Source of the DNA: Corallochytrium limacisporum Hawaii
Taxonomy: Eukaryota; Protista; Pluriformea
Length of the DNA: 64,000 nt
Direction of reading: 5' to 3'
Assembly (NCBI GenBank): GCA_002811645.1
Contig: PDIP01000079.1
Span: forward strand, 81,576-145,575
This document shows, in pieces, positions 23,752 through 35,536 of this stretch (its first letter is position 1; every line of letters begins with the position of its first letter). The notes below the pieces were generated by a model, which was given only the letters and a program-made list of their open reading frames with translations, made no database searches and was not told the origin of the DNA. The position numbers and the translations under genes are program-made.

Positions 23752-24519
23752 TCAACTTGAATTTTCTTTACTCGATGGCTGTGTTAGGTATTCCTTCCTA
23801 ACAAGGTCTCTGCTCCGCAGATCCGCCTGACGGATGGGCTCCGGAATGCGAAAGTTCAGACCACAGTCCTTGACCAAAGTTGTGGCCGTCTCGAGAGTGA
23901 CGCCATGGCCCACCGAGACGAAGACAGGCTTCGACGTGGCACCGCCACGAAGCACCGCTGTAGCCATAGGCTGGCCACTGCTCTGCCCGCTTATGGTCAT
24001 AGTGTCACCGGCCTTGTGCAAATTCTTGGCTGACATGGTCCGGACATCATCCAAAGTGACACCATCTACAAGAAGCCAATTTTTTGAAACACCAACGGTC
24101 GGGATGATCCGTCCTTCCAACGAGTCCGCCACTGCAGTCCCAATGTGACAGGCCGCTCCACAACCCCTCGGATGCAGCCTGCCGTTACCATCGACAAGGA
24201 TTAGGGAAGGCATGTATTGGGGAAAGTCCCGGATGAGTAACAGAAGCTGCTGAGTCAGGGCCGGAGCTTCGCGGAACCCGAGATAGCTGGCAATGTACGG
24301 TTCTGTGAGTGTGACCCACTCGTATCGTTCTGCTACGACCTCCATAGTATCCCAGCGGCAGATCACTGCCATGGCCAGGGCTTTGTTGTCATTTCCTTTA
24401 ATAAAACTGATATCCAAGCCGGCCACGAAACGTGGCGGGTTGGATTTCAGGTCAGTGACATCTCCTTCCACGATCTTCTGACGAATTGCATCCTCAGAAT
24501 TCTGCCACCGTTCTTCCAT
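23752..24519 (-). CDS. ENDOV: Endonuclease V
   Basis: VAGLDISF, PYIASYLGFRE, LVDGNGRLHPRGCG.ACHIG, GVSKN, PVFVSVGH, RIPEPIRQADLRSR. Confidence 0.96.
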   Translation of the reverse strand: MEERWQNSEDAIRQKIVEGDVTDLKSNPPRFVAGLDISFIKGNDNKALAMAVICRWDTMEVVAERYEWVTLTEPYIASYLGFREAPALTQQLLLLIRDFPQYMPSLILVDGNGRLHPRGCGAACHIGTAVADSLEGRIIPTVGVSKNWLLVDGVTLDDVRTMSAKNLHKAGDTMTISGQSSGQPMATAVLRGGATSKPVFVSVGHGVTLETATTLVKDCGLNFRIPEPIRQADLRSRDLVRKEYLTQPSSKENSS

Positions 24520-25128
24520 TACGGTGTCCTAGCCAGTGGAGCCTACTATTGTGTGGTGATCAATGACCATCGAGCTTACGAGACTTCAGTGTTTTAAGAA
24601 GCTTGGGCTTCAACAGAAGGAAGCTATTTGGGCAAGGTTTAAGCTTAGCGAAGGAGTCGACGCAGAATCTCCCACCCGCCGTCGAGCCGTTATCGGTGCT
24701 AAGCAGGACAGAAAAATAGACTCCGGTTTCCCTACGGTAGCGCCCACTAAGCTTTGACGAGCCTCTCCCCACCACGCGACCCTGTTCGATTGCTGGAGTG
24801 CCCAGGCCCTCGGATGATTGGGCTTGTGGCCAATGGTCTGGTTTGGTTGAACGAATTTCCAGAGACTGGTGTGCAAGCAAGCTTATAGCCAGTTGGTCAG
24901 TATATTTCTTTTCCTTTCATCTCCTGGGTCAAGCCTATTGTCGAATGAGTAGTAAAGGTATGTAGGCCATAAGAGCTTACAATTGAAAGCCCTGGCAAAG
25001 AGACAGCACTAGTCTCCGCGACCGTTCATTCATTAGATCTCCGGCATCACTCGGGAAACGGCAGCAAACAATATAAATAAGAAGGGGCCCTGTATGAGAT
25101 CGATCCGAAACGGGAAACCTGCAAAAAT

Positions 25129-26070
25129 ATGGTTGTAATGTACCCTCGTAAGCCGGTGATTGGCACCGACCCGGTCGTACACATGCCCCCCAATGCCCAT
25201 GGCAAAGGAATGTACGCCCGCAAGTCCATGATTGCCCAGGACAACGTTGAATTCATGCCCGGCAGTGTCAGTATACAAGGTCTTTCCGGGTACAACAGTG
25301 AGGAATCTGGGGATCTCGCTTTTCGCCAACAACAGCTGATCAATGGCTTGAAGAACCTGAAGCTCGAGGCCCAACGCCTCACCGAGACGTACGTTGGAGG
25401 AGGAGTTGCAGCAGCAGGCTCTGTGGCCAGTCTGACCGTACAGATTCCCTGCGAGGGATCCAAAGGCCTAGGAGCAGATGCTTTTGCAGTCTTGGCATTG
25501 CTGGCTTCTCTTCCGAATGGATCCGTGCGCACAACCTTCCACGTTGCATCGGACGTTACCGCGACAATGGGTACTGATGCGGCCCTAGCCCTGACTGAAG
25601 GTACCGCCACTGATCGTTTGCGCTCTACTGCACGTCTTTTTGGCTCTGCTCCGTCAATGGCCGGAGTGGTGCACGTTGGTATCACTCTCGTGCCCGGATC
25701 GGGCCCTGTGAGTGCCGTTGGAGACGCCGGATCGCAGGGACCAATTACAGGCTCTGACGGAGTTTTGCGGTTCCTCTGCCGTTGTATCCCTGACGCGGCC
25801 ACTCTATACGAATCATCCACCGCTAAAGATGTTACGGCCATTGACCAACAACTTGACCGGATTTTGGGAGTGAGCAAGAGCCAGGAGAAAGAACTGTTGG
25901 CCATTGCCGAGCCGAGCAAGGAGCTCACTGTGGCGGATCTTGCACTCTACGGTCTGATCTGTGCCATCTACGGCAGTCGCCCGGAGCAGAGCGGCGGCAA
26001 CCTGGACGGCAACATCAAGCTCGTCGGATGGTTGAAGCAGTTCACCAACACTCGTTTGACTTTGGCATAA
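25129..26070 (+). CDS. AIMP2: AIMP2/p38-like scaffold of the multi-tRNA-synthetase complex
   Basis: Twin N-terminal MY motifs (MYPRKP, MYARKS), zipper LAFRQQQLINGLKNLK, GST-like PITGSDGVLRFL, ELTVADLALYGLI and W near the C-terminus; ~313 aa, similar in size to animal AIMP2. Confidence 0.72.
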   Translation: MVVMYPRKPVIGTDPVVHMPPNAHGKGMYARKSMIAQDNVEFMPGSVSIQGLSGYNSEESGDLAFRQQQLINGLKNLKLEAQRLTETYVGGGVAAAGSVASLTVQIPCEGSKGLGADAFAVLALLASLPNGSVRTTFHVASDVTATMGTDAALALTEGTATDRLRSTARLFGSAPSMAGVVHVGITLVPGSGPVSAVGDAGSQGPITGSDGVLRFLCRCIPDAATLYESSTAKDVTAIDQQLDRILGVSKSQEKELLAIAEPSKELTVADLALYGLICAIYGSRPEQSGGNLDGNIKLVGWLKQFTNTRLTLA

Positions 26071-26273
26071 GAAACGCTGTCAGCACAAAGGTAAATAGAA
26101 CATACATCACCTCCTCCCTTTTGGTTGCATGCATAAATGTACAGACCATAGGTATATTAATTCCATAACACATTTGATGTAATAAACCAATGCTATAACT
26201 TGACGCAGTGTTTCTATCTACACAACCATTTTCATGGTTCCCGTGTCTATGCTGTGAGGGGTATTGTGCATTC

Positions 26274-26735
26274 CTAGTCAATGGTTAAATCATAGTCCAC
26301 GCCATGGTCCGCCCAATCAGGGAAGAAGAAACCAATCTCTCGATTGGCACTCTTGCGTGAGTCCGCGCCGTGGAAACTATTCCGTGTATCGGTAACTCCG
26401 TACAGCGCTCTCAGATTACCTGGACAAGTCGTATCATTTCGAGCAAGCGGTGGCTTGGTCTTGCCCAGCAATGCTCTCCACCGCACAACAGCGTCATCCC
26501 CTTCGATAACCAAGGGCATAATAGGCCCACTACACATGTACGTCGTCAGCCTGGGGAAGAAGAACTTTCCCTTGTGTTCTGCGTAGAAATCTTCAGCTTC
26601 TGGCAGTGTCAGATGCCTTCGTTCAGAGTGAACGACAGCTAGGCCTTGGGCCTGGATCGCATCGAGGGCGCTGATCACGCTCCGTGGTCGGGCCACGAGG
26701 TCCGGCTTGAAGATGGCCAATGTGCGTTGGGTCAT
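26274..26735 (-). CDS. NME6: Nucleoside diphosphate kinase, group II NME6-like
   Basis: TLAIFKPD, FYAEHKGKFFFPRL, LRALYGVTDTRNSFHGADS, REIGFFFPD. Confidence 0.9.
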   Translation of the reverse strand: MTQRTLAIFKPDLVARPRSVISALDAIQAQGLAVVHSERRHLTLPEAEDFYAEHKGKFFFPRLTTYMCSGPIMPLVIEGDDAVVRWRALLGKTKPPLARNDTTCPGNLRALYGVTDTRNSFHGADSRKSANREIGFFFPDWADHGVDYDLTID

Positions 26736-27013
26736 TTGAACCTTGTGGATTTTGTTCGTTCTCCACTCTTTATGTAAAGTGTAATGGTTTGGAGTTTACT
26801 GCCTACTACTTCGTACGTAAAATCACATCCTGTGTTGTAAACTGTAAACGAGTGTCTGTAGTTTACTGTTTATCTTATTTTTTTGTTTATTTGACTTCTT
26901 TGGATCGCACAGTTGAACTACGAGTTCATGGACATCAAGTACCAAGGCAAATGTTCATGTTGGCCTTTGCCGAGACATCGCTGTTCCAGTTCACAGTCAG
27001 CAGCGTTCAGCTT

Positions 27014-29212
27014 TTATTGCAACAAGGCCTGTAGCTCCGGGATAAGGCCCCGGCTGGACGTTCTGATCGCCTCGGGAGGGGTGGGTCCCCTGTAAGCCTC
27101 GGGCCCAGATACACGGACAAATCGGATCGGACCCTGTGGTAGCGAACTGGATTCAACTTTGTGCTGGAGGTCTTGGACTGATACCGCTCTCCGGGAGATT
27201 TGAGGCTGGTCGTGCTGAAATTGCTGTTGAAGAGTTCTGGGTGTCGGATCCTTTGGGCTTCCCTTCTGCGGCCGGTGTCGTCTGGGAATGGCCGTGGTAC
27301 CTAATTCTTTGAGCACAGCTATCTCCCTGCGCAGAGTATGGATTTCTTTGTCCAACTCCGTGATCACCTGAGCAGGTGTGGGCATCATCATGTCGAACTT
27401 CATGCTCAGGTCCTCCCTTCTGAAAGAGTTGCGTTGATTTCCGGGCAGTGCGCGACCGAAACTGGCACCCGCAGGTGCCGGCGGAGTAACAGACGAGAGT
27501 TTGGTGGTGATAGTCGACGAATTATGCTGCGGTGGTCGCTTCGCTGTGGCGTTGGAGTGCGTCGCAGACAAACCTCTGCCGAATATCCGACGAATTGGGG
27601 TGTCGTCTCCGTAGCCTTTGGGGCTGCGACGGTGGCATTTGGCCGACGACAACGATGGAGGCTCGTTCATTGCCAACGAAGCTCGCGGTTCCGGACAGCG
27701 AGTGGGAAAGGACGTGGCTCTGGCTGGACTGGCACGGAGGTCGCCGTAGGGACGGTTGCCGCGCCCATAGCCTGCAGAGGGCATGATCGTAGGCAGGCGG
27801 GCACCACCATCCCCGGTACCTACTGTACTATTCCTGCTAGTGCTACTTACATCCTCGGGTCGACCGCCCCAGTAGTCTGCTGTCAATGATGCTGTTAGGT
27901 TTGAGTAACAGAGCGTCTCTAGGTCAAGCGTGAAGATGGGCTTGACACTACCTTCTTGACTCACTCCAGATAGGGTCCGTTTCGCATCAGCGGCACTTCT
28001 AGTTGCACGTGATCGCGCATCGGGGAGCAACGCGCCGTTGATGATCATGTTAGCACCTTCGCCCACTATCGAGCGCTCGAGGGCGAACTTGTTTGGTGTT
28101 TTGCCCAAGATTGAAGTGTTCATCCGCAGCGGTGCTTCTTCCATGCGGTCCCAGCATTGCTGCGGGCAGCTCTGGTGGGTGCAGAGCAAGTCATCCGCAC
28201 AATTAGTGTACGTTTCTCGGGTGACTCTGGTGGAACAGTTCCAGCGTGGGCGGTGCGGAATGTCTCGAGTACCCGGGGCGTAGTGATCGCGACGAACTGT
28301 ATCTGCCTTTCCCATTTGCTTTCGTTTACTGTCCATGGGATAACTCTGGACAGGCACTTCAATGTGCGTGTGCAGCGAAACTTCATGTTCCTTCTGACCG
28401 CCTTCCAAGGACGCGGCACTCACCACAGTGTGCGCGTAGTTCCATTCCCCTTCCTTGTTGTTCTCTTCTTTGGATGCCTCCCGTACATACTCGCTCCCAA
28501 TGGCCCCTTGGCTGTAGTTCCTGATATCCTGCATGAATAGGGATTGACGTACAGCGGTATTTTCATCAGTGGCTTTTCTGCGGTTAATACGACCATCCGA
28601 GGTCACCGGGCATCCCAAGACTGCCGGCGGCTGTTCCAGTTCGTTGCCAGGCGCGGCTTGAAATTCCTGAGCCGGAGGCCGGGCCCAGATGTGCTCAAGC
28701 TGCTTCTCATCTTGCTGTAGTTGGGGGGAATGCTGCAAGCGGTGATCCTGCAGGTGCCGGCGTAGTTCATGTATGACGCTCTGTTGCCTCTCCGCCTCCT
28801 CCTCCTTGGCCATGAGGCGCTGCAGAAGCTGGTGGATGCGTTCACCGTGAGCGGGTGTGTAGTTGTCTTCGTCGTCTGTGCAGTCGGAGTTCTGGACCTC
28901 GCCATTTTCATCGGGCTGCAGCAGATGATCTTCATCTGTGCCCACGGCGGCACCGCTCGTACTGTGTCCGGGCTGTTTTTCAACGGCTTGCCGATTCTTG
29001 AGGCTGGTAATGTCGTACTCGTCGACCTGATCGCTCCGCTCGTATTTCCTCATCAGCTCTGTGAGGTCTAGATTGGAGTACTTAAGCTTCTCTCCCTTTG
29101 CATTGTACTTCGGAACCGGCTCCTGGCGGATCTCCTGGGTTCTTTGGACACCCTTCGATTTGGGCTGGATCTTTGCCGGCGACGTCCATTCGATTGGGTG
29201 TCCGTCTGCCAT
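27014..29212 (-). CDS. Hypothetical 732-aa protein, mostly low-complexity with two short coiled coils
   Basis: 2.2-kb ORF with an ATG start; no recognisable domain. Confidence 0.75.
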   Translation of the reverse strand: MADGHPIEWTSPAKIQPKSKGVQRTQEIRQEPVPKYNAKGEKLKYSNLDLTELMRKYERSDQVDEYDITSLKNRQAVEKQPGHSTSGAAVGTDEDHLLQPDENGEVQNSDCTDDEDNYTPAHGERIHQLLQRLMAKEEEAERQQSVIHELRRHLQDHRLQHSPQLQQDEKQLEHIWARPPAQEFQAAPGNELEQPPAVLGCPVTSDGRINRRKATDENTAVRQSLFMQDIRNYSQGAIGSEYVREASKEENNKEGEWNYAHTVVSAASLEGGQKEHEVSLHTHIEVPVQSYPMDSKRKQMGKADTVRRDHYAPGTRDIPHRPRWNCSTRVTRETYTNCADDLLCTHQSCPQQCWDRMEEAPLRMNTSILGKTPNKFALERSIVGEGANMIINGALLPDARSRATRSAADAKRTLSGVSQEGSVKPIFTLDLETLCYSNLTASLTADYWGGRPEDVSSTSRNSTVGTGDGGARLPTIMPSAGYGRGNRPYGDLRASPARATSFPTRCPEPRASLAMNEPPSLSSAKCHRRSPKGYGDDTPIRRIFGRGLSATHSNATAKRPPQHNSSTITTKLSSVTPPAPAGASFGRALPGNQRNSFRREDLSMKFDMMMPTPAQVITELDKEIHTLRREIAVLKELGTTAIPRRHRPQKGSPKDPTPRTLQQQFQHDQPQISRRAVSVQDLQHKVESSSLPQGPIRFVRVSGPEAYRGPTPPEAIRTSSRGLIPELQALLQ

Positions 29213-32096
29213 GCCTTCGATTTACCTTCGTAAGCGTTGATTGCTGCCCAGCGGTTTGAAACTTCTTGGCTGAGCAGTGGCCTACGCTAGGGCTAGGCAA
29301 TCAGCGACTGCTGAAAGCTGGGATAGAACTCTGAGATCCGCACGGATTTGATTCACAAAAAAGGCTACTCCTTGGTTCCAAAACTGTTCCTGCCCCCACT
29401 ATCCGATCTTCATGGTCTGCGGTTTCAATAGCGCTGTCATTGTTGACTGCCATGACCTATCTATACGCCATAGTGCAAGCAATCAGTGTCCACATTGCAG
29501 AAAATCTTGAAGTTCATTGTTTGGACTACCTTTAGTCGACGGACCACCAAAGGAAAACATTCCTGTAACCGACATGCCTGTGGAATCGAATTTCGGTCTG
29601 GTGTCCCTGTGATCTCAGTATCCTTAACATTACTGAAATTTGATCTTGCTCTGTTCAGCGGTCCATGATGCTCGCAAACATCCAGACCTCAACCTCACCC
29701 ACTCTCAGTTCCAAATCAGAGCGCTCCGCGAAATCCGGGCCTTTCTCGGCCGCGAACTGTGCGTGGATGTGCGTGTGTGTGCCCCCGAAGAACGCAACAA
29801 AGGAGAGCGGCTGTCTTGAATTATTAGACTCCCTTTCAGGGGGGGGGACCCGGAAGGAACTGTGTGTGCGAGGTTTAAGGGCCTCGCACACACTGTTTGC
29901 CCTAGCCACCCCCTCTACACACTCTAGAATCAGCCAGCCAGCCACCTTTGCCTCCTGTGAGGTTTAAGTAACTAAAAGGAGGGGAGGGGGTGCAATAAAC
30001 CAAAGTCTCAGCGGCAGTGGGAGTAGTGAGTGAGTAGCCACCATAGCAACGATTGAGCCCAAAGCAAGTTATTTTATATACGGAAGCTACTAATTACAGT
30101 ACCATTAGAGCTTAATGTAGCAATAAAAGATATACTTATAGTTAAGTGTTTCGGATGGCCGGTGCGTGTGCTCTCTCTCCTTTTGCAAACCAAGGTGAGG
30201 AGAGAGAAAAATGGACTCCCCACCACAAAGTTTATTAAAAAATAAATATCAAAATCCTTGGCAGCAATTAATCAATAAAACACAAACTGCTGCCACAGTG
30301 ATGTCTACACACTGCCATTTCACAATCGCCAGTATATAACAATGTCTGCCGTTTTATGTCAATTACCGTGCAAAATTAGCACATATTAAGAGTTTTAAGT
30401 ATGTAGATTAGGGTACACCCAGGGCCTGATGGCGTCGGCGCGAATTATTCTAAGCCCAAGGCTGGGTGAGAAGGGGGAGGGGGTGAACCCTCGCGTCCGC
30501 GCGCCTACCAGCTGCTCATGTTTAGTTTGGGAGCCACGCGCTGAAAACAGGCGCAGTTGTAGCATGATCTACAAGTACATGGTCAATGTAACCGAATTGC
30601 ATGTCCACCCAAACAGAAGTCTTGACCCTACACGAACAGGTGAATCATGACGCCTTTGAACTCTCCAGCTGAATGTGTACGACAAGAATTGATTGGTGGC
30701 GGTGGAGATGAACTAGTTTTCAATGCTGTTGGTACCCCACACTCTGACGTCTTGATGTGGGGCATTTTGGAGTGATCCTTCCCTTGAACTTGACCTATCT
30801 CGGTAAGTGAACAGAAATCCACAATGTCAGCATCTGTTGTCCACGGTGACAAGCTAGGACGGAAAGACGTGTTGTGCAACGTTACTACTAGCTTGCGGGA
30901 TAGTGTTGATCACCAACTTCTGACGGGCACAGTTGCATCCAATTTGCTGAACACAGAGTCCACTAGCAACATGTAAAGGAAGGACCGTTTGAGCGAGTTG
31001 GTAGATGGCCGTGTTACGCCCTAAGCTGTCCTCCAAGGCGTATGTGGAGAATCGAAGCCTACACCACCACCATGATCCCCATGACCTGTACACCAGCGGC
31101 GCATCCACAGTGACAGCAGTCCTTCACGGGACACAAGGAACATCTAACCCCCATGCATCAGAACACATCCAGAGCACAGAGTGTTGTTTGCAGTGTATGG
31201 TGGAGAACCACATCCACTTCCTGATGGACGACTATACAGCACCGGGTTTGAACAGCTGGCGGTCATTGGCTCGCTCGCAGGCCGTCGAGATCACACGATA
31301 TTGGGTTCGCGGTACAACAACTGTGGAGCCTGTCCGATAGGGGCCCTGAATTCCCGCCTCTCTTTCCCACCTACTGTCTTACCGGCTTTTTTGATTATTG
31401 CAGTCCATCCCCGCACGATAAGCAGATTCTAAAACAAAATGGTCAACGGTACCAGCGACATGCTTCCGGTACACTGCAGGATCGATACGCTTCCCCTGAG
31501 CTCAAGCTCGGTTTTGCGCATATGTGTCAACTTGCCCGAAATCTTCCACAACAACTCCTCGTAGCGCCCAATTTGTCGTTGAATTTCTACGGAAGAGCCT
31601 TGTGTGCTCCCAAAAATGTGCCCAGCTCTCAGCCCCTTCCCTCCCCCACTTCCACGTTCCCTTCCATTTCTGATACAGAGCCCTCCCCCGACCCGCTCAT
31701 CGCCGCAGCTCGAGGGGGGCCCCCAAGCACGACGGGGGTTGGAAACGGTCGGGCGAAAAGGTGGGAGGGATAGGCGGGTTAGGGAGGGCGAGAGCTGAAC
31801 GGGTGCCCTGAGGTTGGAGTGCAGGGTGGGGGCACATGCGCGCTTGGTCTTTCCCCCCCCCCCAATTCCCGGGCCCCAGTTTAGACTTCGCTCTCACCCT
31901 GTCCTGCAAGCGATTCTATACTCAGTGAATGGCAGAATAATTAGGCCCCGGAGAAGCATGCTCTCTGTTTGTTTCGCGGCGGGTGTTGCCTGCCGGCTGC
32001 CCAGTCAACAGTTTTCAACCGTCGGTGTTGGCGGGGTCAGCAAGTCGTGAGCTAAGAAGGAATGCGTGAAGTAGAGAAGACGAAGGAGGAGGGGGT

Positions 32097-32321
32097 NNNN
32101 NNNNNNNNNNNNNNNNNNNNNNNNNNNNNNNNNNNNNNNNNNNNNNNNNNNNNNNNNNNNNNNNNNNNNNNNNNNNNNNNNNNNNNNNNNNNNNNNNNNN
32201 NNNNNNNNNNNNNNNNNNNNNNNNNNNNNNNNNNNNNNNNNNNNNNNNNNNNNNNNNNNNNNNNNNNNNNNNNNNNNNNNNNNNNNNNNNNNNNNNNNNN
32301 NNNNNNNNNNNNNNNNNNNNN
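32097..32321. other. Assembly gap with a 24-nt sequence duplicated on both flanks
   Basis: Run of N; AGAGAAGACGAAGGAGGAGGGGGT at 32073-32096 and 32322-32345. Confidence 0.97.
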
Positions 32322-35300
32322 AGAGAAGACGAAGGAGGAGGGGGTGGGGGGGGGGAGGGAAGAGGGGATAAGAGCAAGAAGAACGAAGAGAGGTTCCGGG
32401 AGGAGAGAAGGACGAAGATAAAACCAAACACCAAAAAAGTGAAAAAAGGATGGAGCCATCGTCGCGTTCCTTTTATCAGCGTTTGACTGCTTCTCTCCCT
32501 GTCCCCAACACACCCAAAGCAGCCCACAGCGCACCCCCCTTCCCCCCCGCGGCCGCTCCCCGCTGCGCTCGGTGTCTCTTCGTTGTTAGTTCGCCTCGCG
32601 TGGTTTTTGCTTTAAAGAGGCGTTCTGGTCATACCAGGCTCATAGTTACTGTATTGGAGTACGATTGGGTTTAAGCCGTTATAGTAGGCGACTGAGCACG
32701 GCAAGACCAGATCAGGCCCACTGCGAAGGGGAACCACACGAGTCCATTGCATCGAGGGATAGTGCAAGGGAGATGGCATGAGCTAAGAATCTTCCTCCCG
32801 GGAAATGACTTTGGGCCTGAAATCCGCGGTAACGATTTTAATACTGAACAGGAAAGCGACAGGAACGAGAGAACGATATCTCGGCCGCCTTTCTAGAATT
32901 TTAGAGCGAGACACTGCCGCGGACTTTCCTGTTCTTTCTGTTCTTAACCGATATGGACATCTCAAGGCATAATACAGTTAAAGTACGGGGAGACGGCCAC
33001 GAGGACGGGCTTCAAGAGAATAGTTCTCTTCCGGGGGGGGAGGGGAGGGCGCTGGTGTGACAAAGGAGTATCAGATGTGTCCTCTCACCTCCTTTTTTTT
33101 TTTTCCTTTTCTCCTCGTCACTGTGCGGTTTTTCTAGGCAAACGATGAAGTCTTGGGTATATCGAGCTCTGAGTGTTTGGGTTCTTGTTTACGCATCCTT
33201 TCCGCGCGGGCATAGGATACGGGTAGAGAAGCTAAGGAACGAGAGAGTGTAAGGATTGCCACTGATCATCTCACCCACGCCTTTGAATTATTGAACAGAA
33301 CTCTCTCGGCTTGCTCGGAAATGAAATCTAATGGATTGGGGTGCCTGCTCCAGTCCCATCCCGTAATTAACAGTATAGTAAGGACCACGTTACTGTGTTC
33401 GCCGAAAACCCTGTACTGAAACTCACTCCCTTACTTCTCTTTCAGCCTGGCGCTTCTCCATTTAGGGAAATTGATAGGTATATTGGGTTTCCAGGCAGGT
33501 GGAACTTAGCAGAGCACGCACCGTCTGATCTCCAAAAGGTAAGGGATATCGACGTTGATTGCGTGGCAGAGCGTAAATATTAGTTCCCTTTCAAGACAAG
33601 CATCCATCTCATTTGCTCTCCCAGCCATGCAGCATCGGATGTCATCGTCTTGTTTTGGACTGTACATGATGTACATGGTTCCAAAGTGCTATGATTGTGG
33701 GTTCAGATGTCTGTGGATTGTTGTAGATGGCAATACGTCTGTACATTACGGAGATGGGCCCCGAACAAAAGTGTACAGACAGTGCTCGCTGTGCGCCCCC
33801 TCCCCCCCCCCCCCCCCCCGCTCTGGCGCAGATCTTCGGTTGAACCCATTCTGCTGGGCTGAAATCCAAATGCTCACGGGTCCCCGGAATGTTGAGGTAT
33901 GGACCTGTCCATGAAGGAAACAGAATGGATATGAAGATTATGTTTTGACATGTACGGACAGGGAAGAAGCGCTTGGTGTCATTGCCGAACAGATCACATC
34001 AAAACGCCTCTTTCACTCATGGACCCATAAGCCAGAACCTGTACATTGTATACATAAAGTACCGAAAATCGGAAGGATCAAGAATTGATGGTCGCATGAG
34101 CCATTGTACATACAATGACTTCGAAAAATGCATGGATCTATGAATGCCATGCACTGAATGGCCCGCTGGAGATAGCCGTTTGCTCCTACTAGGTCCAGCG
34201 GAAAAACGACAAGATGTCCACCCCGAGAAGCTTTTGAAGAAATGTCGTCATGAAGAACGACTGCTTCTTTCATCCCTTCGGGATTTAGACGGAATGGGGT
34301 GGAAACGTGTAGTGATCGCAAACACAGCTGGTCGCAAGCACACACGAATCTCTATCGACCTACAAAATGAATGGGTCTCTTTGGCGAATCGTCCTCCACC
34401 AGGTGGGTATCCCGCCACCGTCGTGATGGCCGTGGTCGTGATGGCCGTGATCACATGCAAATGAAGAATGATTTGTTCTCCGAATCGTAGTGAATTGTAT
34501 ATCGAAGAGAATTCTCCCACTGGCCCAGCTATAGAAAATAGGTACTTACGGTGTGTGGTTGCTTCTCCCGTGATGATATGGTTTGTGCCAATAACTCAAG
34601 CTGGGCGAAGAAACAAGCAAGAAAACGTGGCCAGAGATGAAATTAGCAAAAGCCATTTCATACAGTGGTCCACACTCAAATCATTTCTATGGGAAAATTC
34701 AAGGAGCAGGAGGGCAGAGTATCCGTGTACCAAGACGTCGAAATCCACCACGGATCGAACGAACTCTTTGCCCAAGGCATCCAATTCTGCAACAAAAAAA
34801 AGACCTGGCTGGCACCGGACGGTGTCCCTGCCCTTCGAGCCACACATGTGCTACACGTTTTCATACAAAGTGATCCTATCATGGCTAAGTTGTGTTGGAC
34901 TGGAGATTGCGGCAGCGTCGCTCGAACATACTTAGTGGATCCAATGTCTCGGGTCCTCGTGTTCCTGAAAGAAACCCATATTGATAAGCCGCATTCAGTA
35001 CGTTAGAATTAAAGCACCGATGGTTTCAGCCACGCATGGCATTCATGTAAAGCGATGGGACGTTTTGGCTACGAAGACAATTAGGGGCGGAATCCATAAT
35101 ATCTATACTGATATATTAAATTTCAGCGGGGAGGGTGGGGCAAATTGATAGCATTGATTTGGTCCCCTTGTCCGTACCATTAAGGAAGAGTTTAGCCAAG
35201 TCATTTTGATCCGTAACGGCGTGGCGGGGTTACCGATCTCAACTCTCGGGGCAAAAGTAATGTTCATGGTCAATATGAATTTGACACCCGACCAATGCCG

Positions 35301-35492
35301 ACTAGTCAAATACCTGAAGCTTAGGGATACCAAGACGGGTTCTGGTCGTTGGAGATGAATCACCTTTCCGTCTTACGTGTTCCCGATCGCTGTCTGGTCC
35401 CATTTGATTGTGGGAGGTCACGACGGGCGGACCTAAATCTGAGGACGCTCCACCCACGAATCTTTCAAAAGCATGCGCGGCCACATGCTCAT

Positions 35493-35536
35493 ACACACAC
35501 ACACACGTACACACACGTACACACACGTACACACAC
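35493..35536. repeat. (CA)n tract with three tandem ACACACGTAC units
   Basis: Direct reading. Confidence 0.9.

Noticed and set aside
31005-31340. ORF with ECC..NHIHFLM and YWVRG, reminiscent of an IS200/HUH transposase
   Set aside because: The HUH-to-W spacing is too short, there is no catalytic Tyr, no N-terminal YH..F..KYR motif and no terminal hairpins; probably chance
31775-31783. GGGTTAGGG, and CTAACCCTG near 13014, as telomeric or telomerase-template sequence
   Set aside because: Isolated 9-mers at chance frequency, with no array or supporting structure
33400-35100. Cluster of 100-155 aa ORFs and a 15-bp tandem repeat (34420-34449) suggesting a retroelement remnant
   Set aside because: No RT, RNase H, integrase, gag zinc-knuckle, LTR or TIR motif recognisable
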